Below, piece by piece: positions 51,879-64,000 of a stretch of 64,000 bases of DNA. The translations under genes and the position numbers were made by a program. The stretch covers positions 284,302,202 through 284,366,201 of the forward strand of contig NC_058133.1 in assembly GCF_016433145.1 (NCBI RefSeq), in the 5' to 3' direction. Numbering within the stretch: the first letter of the stretch is position 1; every line of letters starts with the position of its first letter. A model generated the notes under the pieces. That model was not told the DNA's origin. It did not search any database and saw only the letters and a list, made by a program, of their open reading frames with translations. The DNA comes from Gracilinanus agilis. Its lineage: Eukaryota.

Positions 51879-52419
51879 CTGTTCATTTCCAAAAGGAAAA
51901 ATATAGACAATACTCATAAATAGCTGTATAACCACAACATTATTAGATTACATACTTGCTTGAGATTTTTTATATATTCTCACTTTCACTGAAAATGTAT
52001 TTTTTAAAATTAAAGAATAAATCTTTGGGTAGTAGGCAGCAGTTTCCTCTGGAAGTTTATTATTAAACATAATACAGAAATCACAACTTTCAAAATCCTA
52101 ACCTTAAGACAGAGGGTATAAAGGAAAAAGATTAAATAACAACCACCTTTTAAATGTATCAGACAGAAAATTAAAAATGCACATTAATATTCCTATTTTC
52201 TCAAATGATTTCCATTGGAATCCAAGGTCCATAAATTTAGAATTGGAAAAGCCTCTAGAGGCTATCTAGTTCAGTCCCTCATATGACAGATAAGGAAACT
52301 GGGTATGAGGCCAGTTAAGTAATTTCTCAAAAGTCATATAGATAATAAAAGTCAGAGGTGGGACTTGAACCCAGGCCATCCAACTTTAGAATCTGTTTGA
52401 AGGTGGGGGTAAGAGACTT

Positions 52420-53150
52420 CAAAAAAATTTTTTTTTCAGATTACACGTCAATACAATTTTCAACAATTGCTGACATTTTGCAATCCATGTTTTCTCCCTC
52501 CTTTCCATCCTTCTCCCCCCTAAAGACAGAAGGTTCTATGATATAGGTTGTACATGTGTTATTATGCGATACATATTTTCTATTTTCACATTCATCATGC
52601 TGTGAAAGCAGATACATAATGCTAATAACTAGAGAAAAACTCATGAAGGAAATAAACTGAATTTGAATCTGCATTCAGACCTTCAATACTGAAATAGGAA
52701 GCTTTTTTTCTTGTGAATCCCTTTGAGTTGTCCTTGGTCTTTGCAATGTTAATAGTTAAGTCATTTACAATTGGTCATTATTGCCACTGCTGTATACTAT
52801 ATTCTCTTGGTTCCATTCACTTCATTTTGCATCACTTCATATAAGTCTTTCCAAGATTTGTTATGATCATCATGTTTGTCATTTCTTATGGCACCATAGT
52901 CCATTACAATCATAACTCATTTAGCCATTCCCCAACTGATGGATATCCCTTCAGTTTCCAGTTCTTTGCCACCACAAAAAGGGCTGCCATAAATTTCTTT
53001 GTACAAGTAGGATCTTCCCCCATCTTTGAACTCTCTGGGATATAGAACTAGTAGTGGTATTGAAGGGTCAAAGGGAATACATGGTTTTATAGACTTTTGT
53101 GAATGGCTCTAAATTGTTCTCCAGAGTTAGTTATATCAGTTCACACTAGG
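52420..53150 (-). mobile_element. L1 3' fragment (sense to MMUT)
   Basis: Reverse complement of the L1 3' end, including agccattccccaactgatggatatccc. Confidence 0.85.
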
Positions 53151-53554
53151 TGAAATAGATTTTTATGAACTTTGGGTCTTGTGGAGCATTTAAAAGTTAC
53201 TAATTACTAAAAAGGCTCAATAGCAGCACCATGAAAATGGGCAGATATTCCTCCTTCTGAGGCCATGAACAGTTCTACACTGGGTACCCCAGTTCTAGGG
53301 CAGACCATATAACTCCTCCTCAAACCAAGAGACATTAGTAACTAAAACAATTAACCTAATTATTCCATCCCAGTGATACAGAAAATACTTGTAGTGTGGA
53401 GAAGATATAGTAAAAGATTTGGGACAACTAAGTGGTTTCTTTATTTTAAATCCTTAAGGTTCTTCAAATGGTTCATCTCAATTAAATGACCTTCACAACA
53501 ATACTGAAAAGTAGATCCTATATAGCCCATTTGACCAATGAAGAAACAAGGAAT

Positions 53555-53988
53555 CAGAAATCAGCCCTTTGATCCAGCCATACCATTGCTGGGATTGTAC
53601 CCCAAAGAGATCATAGATAAACAGACTTGCACAAAAATATTTATAGCAGTTCTCTTTGTGGTGGCAAAAAACTGGAAAGCAAGGGTATGCCCTTCAATTG
53701 GGGAATGGCTGAACAAATTGTGGTATATGTTGGTGATGGAATACTATTGTGCTCAAAGGAATAATAAACTGGAGGAATTCCATGTGAACTGGAAAGACCT
53801 CCAGGAATTGATGCAGAGTGAAAGGAACAGAGGCAGAAGAACTTTGTACACAGAGACTGATATATTATGGTAAAATCGAATGTAATGGACATCTGTACTA
53901 GCAGCAATGCAATGAACCAAGACAATTCTGAGGGATTTATGGAAAGGAACACTATCCACATTCAGAGGAAGAACTGCAGGAGTAGAAA
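53555..53988 (+). mobile_element. Relatively young L1 3' fragment running into a gap
   Basis: ORF 53538-53873 PFDPAIPLLGLYPKEII...CPSIGEWLNKLWYM is an uninterrupted L1 ORF2 C-terminus. Confidence 0.92.
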
Positions 53989-54388
53989 NNNNNNNNNNNN
54001 NNNNNNNNNNNNNNNNNNNNNNNNNNNNNNNNNNNNNNNNNNNNNNNNNNNNNNNNNNNNNNNNNNNNNNNNNNNNNNNNNNNNNNNNNNNNNNNNNNNN
54101 NNNNNNNNNNNNNNNNNNNNNNNNNNNNNNNNNNNNNNNNNNNNNNNNNNNNNNNNNNNNNNNNNNNNNNNNNNNNNNNNNNNNNNNNNNNNNNNNNNNN
54201 NNNNNNNNNNNNNNNNNNNNNNNNNNNNNNNNNNNNNNNNNNNNNNNNNNNNNNNNNNNNNNNNNNNNNNNNNNNNNNNNNNNNNNNNNNNNNNNNNNNN
54301 NNNNNNNNNNNNNNNNNNNNNNNNNNNNNNNNNNNNNNNNNNNNNNNNNNNNNNNNNNNNNNNNNNNNNNNNNNNNNNNNNNNNNNNN
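53989..54388. other. Assembly gap (400 N)
   Basis: Run of N. Confidence 1.
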
Positions 54389-54444
54389 AAAAAAACAAAA
54401 AAAAGAAAAGAATCATGGAATAAAAATAAGTAGACCTTGAAAAA

Positions 54445-54624
54445 AAAAAGAGAGCCAGTCCTAGAGATGGGAAGTCCTGGGTTCAAATCTGGTCTCAGAC
54501 ACTTTCTAGCTGTGTGATCTTGGACAAGTCACTTAAACTCATTGCCTAGCCCTTACCACTCTTCTGCCTTAGAACCAATATTCAGTATTGATTCTAAGAT
54601 TGAAGGTAAAGGTTTTTAAAAAAG
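54445..54624 (+). mobile_element. Opossum SINE-1-type SINE
   Basis: gggaagtcctgggttcaaatc...cattgcctagcccttaccactcttctgccttagaaccaat. Confidence 0.88.
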
Positions 54625-56323
54625 GAGATGAAGGTGAGGAAGAAGGGCAATTCAGGAACAGGGGTTGGGGAGTACAAAGACACAGAGTCCATGGAGTTAA
54701 CATACTCCCTGATACATAGTAGGTACTTAATAAATACTTACTTAATAAAGTAGGTACTTAATGAAGGCCAGCATAGTTGGGTCATAAAGAGTTCATGGAA
54801 GTGTGAGAAGACTAGAAAGGGAGGAAAGGGTATTTTCAGTGCCAGATAGAGCTATCTATATTTTTTATTCTGGAGGTAATCTGAAGCCTTTGAAGTTTAT
54901 TGAAGCAGGAGGAGTCAGTACACGGTTAGACTGGCACTTTAGAGAAACTACTTTGGCAGCGGAGGGGAGGATGGGCCAAGAGAGGACAACTGGAAAGCTA
55001 TTGTAATAGTCTAGGAGTTTAAAAGAGGTGAGGGCCTGAATTAAACTGAGATTCTGATCATTTAATAAATGTTTGTAGCATTTAAAAAAAAAAAGAAAGA
55101 AAAGTTAAGTGAATTTCTTGTGCATTCAGTCAATGAGTATCTGTCAGAGGAGAGGTCTATATTCAGGCTTTCATGACTCCATGTCCAGTATTCTATCCCT
55201 GATGCTGCTTCTCATAGTTCCACTGATTTTAGGTAATGCAAAAAAAAATCCCTGCTTTAGAGTATTTTAAAAACTGAGTTAATAAGTTTTCATGTATATT
55301 ACATTTGTATCTTGTAGCTTTATCATGATTATAGTATGTATAAAGCTTAATGATTATTTAGAATTTACTTCAAAGAAATAATTATTTATAATTTACTTCA
55401 GAACTTCACTCAAATTTTTCTGAAGAATGAAAGAATAAGAAAATAACCAAAAGAAAATTAATATACAAAGAAAATGGAAGATATCAAATTTTCTAGAGGC
55501 ACTTACTCAGAAACTATTTAAGAACTTCTATTCTTCTACTACAGAGAGAATTATCGGTCACTAAGATGAATAAGTCAGGTCTCAGAATGAAATGATAATC
55601 AACTCCAGTGCAAAGATGAGACAATCATAAAGCACTGTTATTTTGCTAATTCAGTTCAAGCTCATTCAAATTCCTCCAACATTTATTATGTTACTATATG
55701 CAAAACACTATATAGTTAGGAAATGGAGAATGTATAGTTAGGAAATGGAGAAAGTAGGAACTTTAGATAAGATACAATCCCTGTAATCATGAATTTAGCA
55801 ATTTAGAAAAGGATTTAGAAAAAAAATTTAGTAAAAAGTACAGACACTGTAATATATAATCTTAAATGATAAGCACACTATAGAATTGCCCAAAAGAAGC
55901 ACTATGTGAGGGCTGAGGGGAAAGGTGATTACTGACTGAGGGTAGAATGAGAGATTTCATGAAAGAAATGGCATCTGAATTGGGTTTCTCAAGAGGGTTA
56001 AGAATTTGAGTAAGAAAGGCAGAGAAGACATTCCAGGTTGAAGGAACAGTAGAAGGGCACAAAGCTGGCTGTAATATCCCTTGCAGCTCTACATCTATAA
56101 TCCTAAAACTATTCCAACAACAACAAAAACCACAATGCAAATTGTCCTGTCAACATGTGCTGCTTATCAACTTACGTAATTACAAGAGGATAGAAACTGA
56201 AATATTTTCACATAGATGTGCTACTCTTAGTCCAATTGATTTGGTAGTGTTTGGCCTCACTAGACTCAAAGATATAAATTTAATTATGTATTTTTATTGT
56301 TTTTATCATAAAACTTAATGTCC

Positions 56324-56512
56324 TTTTTTTTTTTTTTTACCCTTGTACTTCAGTGTATTGTCTCATAGGTGGAAGATTGGTAAGGGTGGGCAATGGGGGT
56401 CAAGTGACTTGCCCAGGGTCACACAGCTGGGAAGTGGCTGAGGCCGGGTTTGAACCTAGGACCTCCTGTCTCTAGGCCTGACTCTCACTCCACTGAGCTA
56501 CCCAGCTGCCCC
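56324..56512 (-). mobile_element. Young SINE-1-type SINE with poly(A) tail
   Basis: Complete head GGGGCAGCTGGGTAGCTCAG on minus, long poly-T on plus, and 13-bp TSD TTAATGTCCTTTT. Confidence 0.95.
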
Positions 56513-56898
56513 TTAATGTCCTTTTATTGAATAAACTATTTAAATAAAAAACATTTATTCACTCACCCCTTTGCAGAGGTAGGCAGTCTATAAGTATTAT
56601 ATACTGTACATATTTTCAGACTTTTTTGATGTGCTAACCAGTTATACTGATTTTTTCCTCTTCTTTTTATTTTTTGTCTTTTAAAAATACTATTTTTTAT
56701 TATAATACATATCATAGTTCTATGGGAGGGATAAAAGGAGATAGAGGAGGAAATTATGCTAAAGTAAAAAAAAACAAAATAAATCAATAAAAACATTTAA
56801 AATTAAAAAAATGTTTGTAATCCCTTACTATGTGTTAAGCATTGTATTGTAATAATGAGAGTAAAATATTAAATGTAATATTAATTTTAAAAAAAGAT

Positions 56899-57181
56899 TG
56901 TGGTTGCCGTTTATAAAATTAACTCTCAAGCCACAAGTCTGTTAGTAGTTCTTAACAATTAAGTTTTAATCAAAATGGAGGTAACGTAAACAGAGGGAAA
57001 TATAGGAAGGAGACAGAAAACATCACCTAACTAAAATACCCTAAGCTGAATCAAGAAGCCAAAATCTGAAGCCTGCCAAGCTGCCTAAGCCCGCAAGCCT
57101 CAAGCACACAGCAGGAACCAGAGCTCCCACTTAAGACAGTGTTCCACCACAGCACCAACCCCCAGAGCTCTCCTGGTCCCC
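56899..57181 (-). mobile_element. Partial LTR (3' part), sense to MMUT, in intron 7
   Basis: Minus strand ends ...aattttataaacggcaaccaCA, with ATTAAA at 56965-56970. The 5' part is missing. Confidence 0.6.
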
Positions 57182-58581
57182 CAATGTACAGAGCAAAATA
57201 TGATGTGGGGTAGGAAGAGCTTGGGGAAGCCTGGAAAGTAGATTCTATCTACATAGTATTAAGTATAGGGAACATAAATAGAAAAAGTAATACTTTGCTC
57301 TTAAGGAGTTCACATTCTAAATGGGAGAGAGAACTCATTTTAAAAAAAAAAAATCAGCTTCCGGTAGATAGAAAGGCCCACACATAATAGTCTAGCGGGT
57401 GGGAAGATCCATTGGTCCAGAATCTACTTCAATAGGTCAAATAACAGTGCCAAGAGTCTAAAGGGCATAGAAACAAGGCAGTAAAACCTGGTAGTCCTCT
57501 ATCTCATCAGAAGTAACAAAGTCACTGATTCACATCTTTTCCAACTGTTGTGAACAGTCAAACCTCCTTGATGGGTTTTGGAACAGCTAAAGCCAGGGTA
57601 GGTAGAGAGGAAGGACAACAAAGAGGAAGAGGAGTCCTTGCTGGAAATGGATGTTCCCACTATAAGACCATCCCAAACAATCAAAAGATATATCCCTTAT
57701 TTTCTAAGGAACCATATCAAGAAAAGCCACTCTGACCTTTTTTGATTATTTTGATCTGACCAAAAGAGAAGAGATATCTTTGTTTAATTAAAGTGAGAGA
57801 AGATGTTCTTTTTCTACCTTTGAGCAGGCACGTCTTTTAGAGAGAGAAGTTAAAGAAATAAGAAGTGGTTTCCGGAAGATATTTCCACAATGGCGCATCT
57901 AGATTTACATTTCTATTTTTCTGTTTGGCAAACCAAAATTTCCTGAACCTCAATTTTATATTTTGTTTTACTCTTACTGTTGGAACTTGTTTTTCATCCC
58001 ACTAAAAAAATGTAAGGAAAAAATTACATTCAGGAGAATTTCAAATAGCTAGAAATTATCTATTTGTATCTTGCTCTAAGTAAGAATACTTATGTATTAA
58101 TAAATGACATCTGATAAGACACTGGCTGAAAATATAACATATAGAATTTTTCATCCATAACCAGGGAAACAATATACCTGATGCCTATAATAATTTAAAT
58201 AATATTAAAGGGCACCCCAAAATCAGATTAATTCCAACAGTTAATCTTGGTTCTAAAGAACAAATAATTAAATACACTTACTTCTCTTCATACTACTATA
58301 GAATATCCTCTGATGCTGCTACAATGAGAGAACTATTGCAAATCCAGCTAGTTTTGTTAATTACTTTTGCTTAACTGTTTTTCTTTCTTCCAACAGAGGA
58401 TTCAGTGGGGGATAAGGAATATATCAAGACCAATAAAAAATAAATCAAATCAAATCAAAGACAATAATATTGGTGTGTCTGAAATGCAAAGAATAGATGA
58501 TGTTGTATCAGAATGGAAAGCTAGTAGACATGTTCTCCCTAAAGGACAAAAAAGGTCTCCATACATATATTTTTTTTTTCA

Positions 58582-58725
<144 letters not shown>

Positions 58726-60403
58726 TTAAGAACATTTAAAGATATATAATAATAAAACTATTTTATAGTCAATATTAAATATTTGTTTTGTTTGCAAAGA
58801 GTTGTCATTTTTACCATCTCTTTTACATTTTTAGCCCAAATTATCTCTTGCAAAAGGATATTACTATCATTTTTTAAATCACTCATATTTGGAACAAATT
58901 GCCCAAATCACTGAAGTTTGCATAAATTAGCCAATCATTTGAAATTCTGTTCCTGAAACTAAGGTTTAAAATACTCTTAACTTAATAATTTTCAAGGAAT
59001 ACAAAAAACATGGCCTCCAACAAATATTGATTAAACATTCATTATGTACAACATACTGGAAAAGCTGCTTGCATATTAATACAACAGAGAACCCTTAAAG
59101 ATAATTGGCCAAATATTAAGATATAAACTTATATTTTGAATTTGTAAGTGGTCTACCTTTTTTAAGACATGAGACAATCAAAATGATTGAATAAAACTTT
59201 TAAAAAACAAATATTGTTTAAAATAAAAAATTTCCATCTTACCAAATTGTTTAATCATTTTACTAAATAACTAAATACATTCTTTCCAAAAAGACTAAAG
59301 ATAATACCAGAAACATTATCAAAGACAGTAGTTTGCCATTTCCATCTTCAGTTCATTTTACAGATAAAAAAAAAACTGAAGCAAACAGTGATAATTGACT
59401 TGTTCAAGGTAACAGAGTTAGTATCTGAAGTTGGATTTGAATTCAGGTCTTCTTGACTCTAAGCCCAGTGCTCCAACTATTGTGCCAACTAGCTGCTCCC
59501 ATTAATCTTTAAGACTAAGGTTGCTCCCCAAATGACAAGTTTATAAGGAATTTTCTTCATTTTAAAAATTGTTTATTATTCTATCTAATTCCAACAAATA
59601 TTAAACCAAATGGATTTTTTTCATATACATAGTACAAAAGAAGAGGATTATACACAAATCTAAGTGTGTATTATCTGCAAGTCTTCTTTCTTTTTAAATA
59701 TATACTTAATTGTAAATTTCAAAGATATCCTGCTTATCCAACCTTCTTTATGTAGCCCTTGTTCTGATGAGGATAGTTTAGAAATATTTTTTTCCAAAAA
59801 CAAATGATTTGGAAGTATTCAAAATAATAATCAGATAATCTCAAATTCAAATAACTCTGAAGCATTACTTCATACCTATTAAAGTAACATAGATGATGAA
59901 AGTTGGAAAAATTAACACTGAAGGAACTATAGGAAGACATAAATTTGTCTCTGACTGGATGACAAACTAGTGATCATCTAAAAGTTCTGAAACAACTGGA
60001 GATTCTGTGAGAAGAAATACTACTCTGTTAATATCTCTTGTCTTGGCTACTAGTGCTGGCCTTCTATCTCAAGGAGGAAAATTATAGAAAGGAAGGTTTT
60101 GTATTCATAGCAAAATATTTTAAGCAATTGATGCTAGAAATCATATTAAAAAAAACCTGAGGAATGGCTGAAATAGTGGAGTATGAATACAGCGGAACAT
60201 TATTGAACCATAAAGCATGATCGATATAAAGAATTTAGGTAGATCTGGGAAGTGTTATGTGCACTACTAAAGAACAAGAGGGCATGATAACTTCAAAAAT
60301 TTAAATGAATACAATACTAAAAGATTTTAAAACTTAATTTGAATGTAAGAGCAAATTATAAGTCCCTATTATTAAAATTAAACATCTTTTCTCTTAAGAA
60401 TCA

Positions 60404-60829
60404 TTAAATTCAGAGCCAGAAGAACATTGTACACAGAGACCAATACACTGTGGTAAAAATCGAATGTAATGGACTTCTGTACTAGCAGCAATGCAATGAC
60501 CCCGGACAATTCTGAGAGATTTATGGTAAAGAATGCTACCCACATTCAGAGGAAGAACTAGAGGAGAGGAAACACAGAAGAAAAGCAACTGCTTGAACAC
60601 ATGGGTTGAGGCGGACATGACTAGGGATGTAGACCCGAAACTACCACACCAATGCAACTATCAGCAATTTGGAAATAGGTCTTGATTGATGACATGTTAA
60701 AAGCAGTGGAAACGCGCATCGGCTATGGAGGGTGGGGAGGCTGGGGGATGAAGGGGAAAGTAAGAGCATGAATCATGTATCCATGACAACTTTTTAAAAA
60801 AATAAAACTTATTTAAAAAAAATAAATAA
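60404..60829 (+). mobile_element. 5'-truncated young L1 3' end
   Basis: L1 3'UTR with A-rich tail and TSD AAGAATCA (60396-60403/60830-60837) at a TT/AA endonuclease-type site. Confidence 0.92.
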
Positions 60830-61133
60830 AAGAATCAAACTAAAAAAAGGGAGAAAGTTATATGTACTGTTACTAGTTATTATATTTCACACAGTTTTGC
60901 TTAAATATTTTTTTATGGAAAGGTATTTTAAATTTCTGAGGGGAAGCACATTTGCTGAGAAGTGACTGTCAAAATGTAGCAAAAAAACAGTCAAAATGGC
61001 ATATCAAATAATTGCAAACAAATATTTATAGGAGGAAAATACAATTACTCTTTTAAATACACAAAAATAATTCTAATGATTCTTTTTTACTAATTTATTT
61101 CAAGGTAGAAAAGTGTGCAAAGTTAAAGACTTA

Positions 61134-61421
<288 letters not shown>

Positions 61422-63399
61422 CTAAAGAAATTTTAAAAAATAAGAACATAACTAGACAATATACTATTCCATTATGATACCATTTTCATGCCTATGTTTC
61501 ATCTATGATACAATGATGGATAGAGTAATATATATTGAACTTATAGAACATTATCAATCAAAGGGAATTACCTTAGGTCAAAGTCTAATCAGTAGAAGCA
61601 GAGGAATTAGAATGAATAGTCTGTAATCAATTTTCTTATCTTGTCACTTCCTCTATCATGCTATAAATATGAATTTAATTTACATAGACTAATTTGATTT
61701 ATAAATGTTTGTGCATAGCCTTGGATTATTTCTAGTTGTTAAACCCTAAATAAATGATCAATTCTTCAAGTTCAAGAAAATTATGCCTACCATATCCAAC
61801 TCATGCAACCAAGAATTAATCTCTGTTGGACTCAATCTATCACTTCTTAATAGAGATGAAAAAACTCACATATCTACCAGTTTCTTCTTGCTTGAAATGT
61901 CCATGTTACACTTACAAATGTAGCATTCTATCTTCTACTTCTGTCCTTCTAGACATATATTTCTCCATGTCTAGAATAATACTCATGCCTCACCTCTACT
62001 TCAGGGGATCACAAATTTCCTGCCATATGATGATCTCAATGTTACAGAAATGACATTGACACCCTCCATTCGATATGTTTTATGTTTACTACCTTATGTT
62101 TATTAAATCCCCCATAAATAATGATAATAGCTAGCATTTAAATAGCACTTTAACATTTTTGATTAACATTTTTTTAACATTTTTCTTTAACATTTTGCAG
62201 TGCTCTACAAATATAATAGTTATATAGTCACAATAATCCTGGAAGGTAAGTACCATTTTCCTCTCATTTTAAAGAAGGGAAAATTAAGGTTAATAAAAGC
62301 TAAGTGACTTGCCAAGGTCAAAAAGCTAGTTAAGAATCTGGGGCTAGATTTGAATTCAGGTCTTCCAAATTCTAGGTAGCATGAATCTATATCATGAAAG
62401 CATGGAGAGTAGAAAAGTTCAACAAAAATTAAACCTATTGAAACTAAATCATTATAGTCTAAAAAGTAAAAAATTCCTAACAATTCCTCTTTCTGTAATT
62501 TAAAAAATGTTTTTCTATATATTATTTATATGATAAAGGTTCTAAAAACTTTCAATGACAAATTTTGAATATTTGATATAATTAGATTATATTTACGTTA
62601 ATGTTTCTTGACCATAACTTCATATTAGTGACAGGTTAATCACCATTCAAGATGAACCATCATAGAACAGGCAAACTTATGGTCTCAACCAAAAGAGGGT
62701 GCACATTTCATTCACGAGAATGGTAAAAAAAAAAAAAAAAAAAAACTTTTAAAAAGAACATAAAAAAACAAGTTTAAACAACATAAAAAAATTTTTTTCT
62801 CAGGGTTTATTTGTTTCTCTCCCCAATCTGGCAAGCAATATGGAAAAGAAAACGATCTTAAGGGTCAATTACCTCAATTGTTTCCATTTACCATAATGAC
62901 ATTGCTTTGTCAGGTTCAGATAAGATAATATATGTAAAGATCTTTGGAGACTGTAATAGACTATTTTTGCTACATTTTGACCATAAATCAAAGAAGTATT
63001 TGGGGGGGGGGTTAACATAAAAAGCCTTATGAGAATACGCACTATAAAAACATTTAAACTATAATGTATGAGCTACTTAGAAAATATAGTAGGTAAAAAA
63101 ATAGATACTAAATTGCAACAGGAAAAATTATAACCAAATAAGTTAATTAATATATATAGCTAATTACTAATATTTCTGGATTATAAACATAATATGTATA
63201 TATAGATATGTGTGTTTAGATTTCTGACTTTCTTGTCACATGATGGGCAAAATATATTACCAATAATCCATTTTTAATCTTGGTGAGAAACAATCATATT
63301 TTTCTTTTCAAAGAATTTTAAATCACGCTGAATTTAATTTTATATATCTAAACGCTACACTTAGGAATGCCTATTTGTATTAAAATATGGCATTCTGAA

Positions 63400-63995
63400 T
63401 CTCTGCCTAGCATATAAAATATTGCACTATCATAAATTCACTGGACCCCATGAACTAGGACTTACCTCTAAACATGATTCCTAAAACTATATATATATAT
63501 ATATCTTTAATTTCACTCCTGAATTCCATTCCCATATTATTAAATCCCTTCTGGCCATTTCTGCAGGCATCTCAAATCAACACATCCATAATGGAATTAA
63601 TAATTTCTTCCAAACCAATCCCTCATTAAAAGTTTTTCTTCTTTTTGCCAAGAGTACCACTATCCTTCTACTCACCCAGATTTACAACTCCAGTGTCATC
63701 CTCAACTCTTCACTCTTTCAATACCTATATCCAATCAGTTACAAAGTCTTATCAATTCTACTGTCACAATATACATTCATACAATCAGAACTCTAGATCA
63801 GGCACTTCACCTCGCTCCAAGATTACTGCAACAGACTCCTAACAAATATTCCTAAAATCTTACTAATGTTACTTCCTCCTCAAAAAAAAAAAAACATCAA
63901 ACAAACAAACAAAAAAAAACTTCAAGACTTCCATATTGCTTCCTAGGCTAAATTACAAAATCCTCAGCCTAGCATTTAAAGCATTTCACAATGCC
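63400..63995 (+). mobile_element. L2 fragments with (TA)n at ~63487-63504
   Basis: L2-type text (ggcatctcaaatcaacacatcc..., gtgtcatcctcaactcttcact...). Confidence 0.7.
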
Positions 63996-64000
63996 TCCTT

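Noticed and set aside
53867-54486. Long ORFs crossing the 400-N gap (also 32350-32631)
   Set aside because: Artefacts of translating N as X.
61422-64000. MMUT exon 5, promoter/CpG island or neighbouring CENPQ
   Set aside because: No matching coding sequence or CpG island is present; these should lie beyond the window end.

Overview
AT-rich, repeat-dense marsupial genomic DNA. The SINE and L1 types look like those of a didelphid opossum such as Monodelphis (inference). The right half (37.3-61.4 kb) holds the 3' part of MMUT (methylmalonyl-CoA mutase) on the minus strand. Eight coding exons, equivalent to human exons 6-13, have GT-AG boundaries, human-matching lengths (249/112/116/116/132/148/168/129 nt) and an intact DxHxxG cobalamin-binding motif. 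Exons 1-5 lie beyond the window. The left half (1-37 kb) is downstream of MMUT and has no recognisable intact gene. It is a nested mix of L1, L2, RTE and tRNA-derived SINEs, several solo LTRs (most with 4-bp TSDs), a decayed class I ERV pro-pol remnant and two hAT MITEs with 8-bp TSDs. The main structures not explained by ordinary repeats are: (i) a ~1-kb inverted segmental duplication (9586-10567 vs 16057-17003) that shares a SINE, contains a newly expanded (AC)20 microsatellite in one arm, and ends at a splice-acceptor-like motif; (ii) a complete solo LTR in sense orientation in the last MMUT intron; (iii) hAT MITEs resembling horizontally transferred families, one possibly in the MMUT 3'UTR; and (iv) repeat-free islands downstream of MMUT that may be remnants of a lost gene (weak opsin-like hint, unverified). 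I found no convincing new biological system. There are two assembly gaps (32398-32528, 53989-54388). Repeat family names and human/chicken comparisons are from memory, not database searches.
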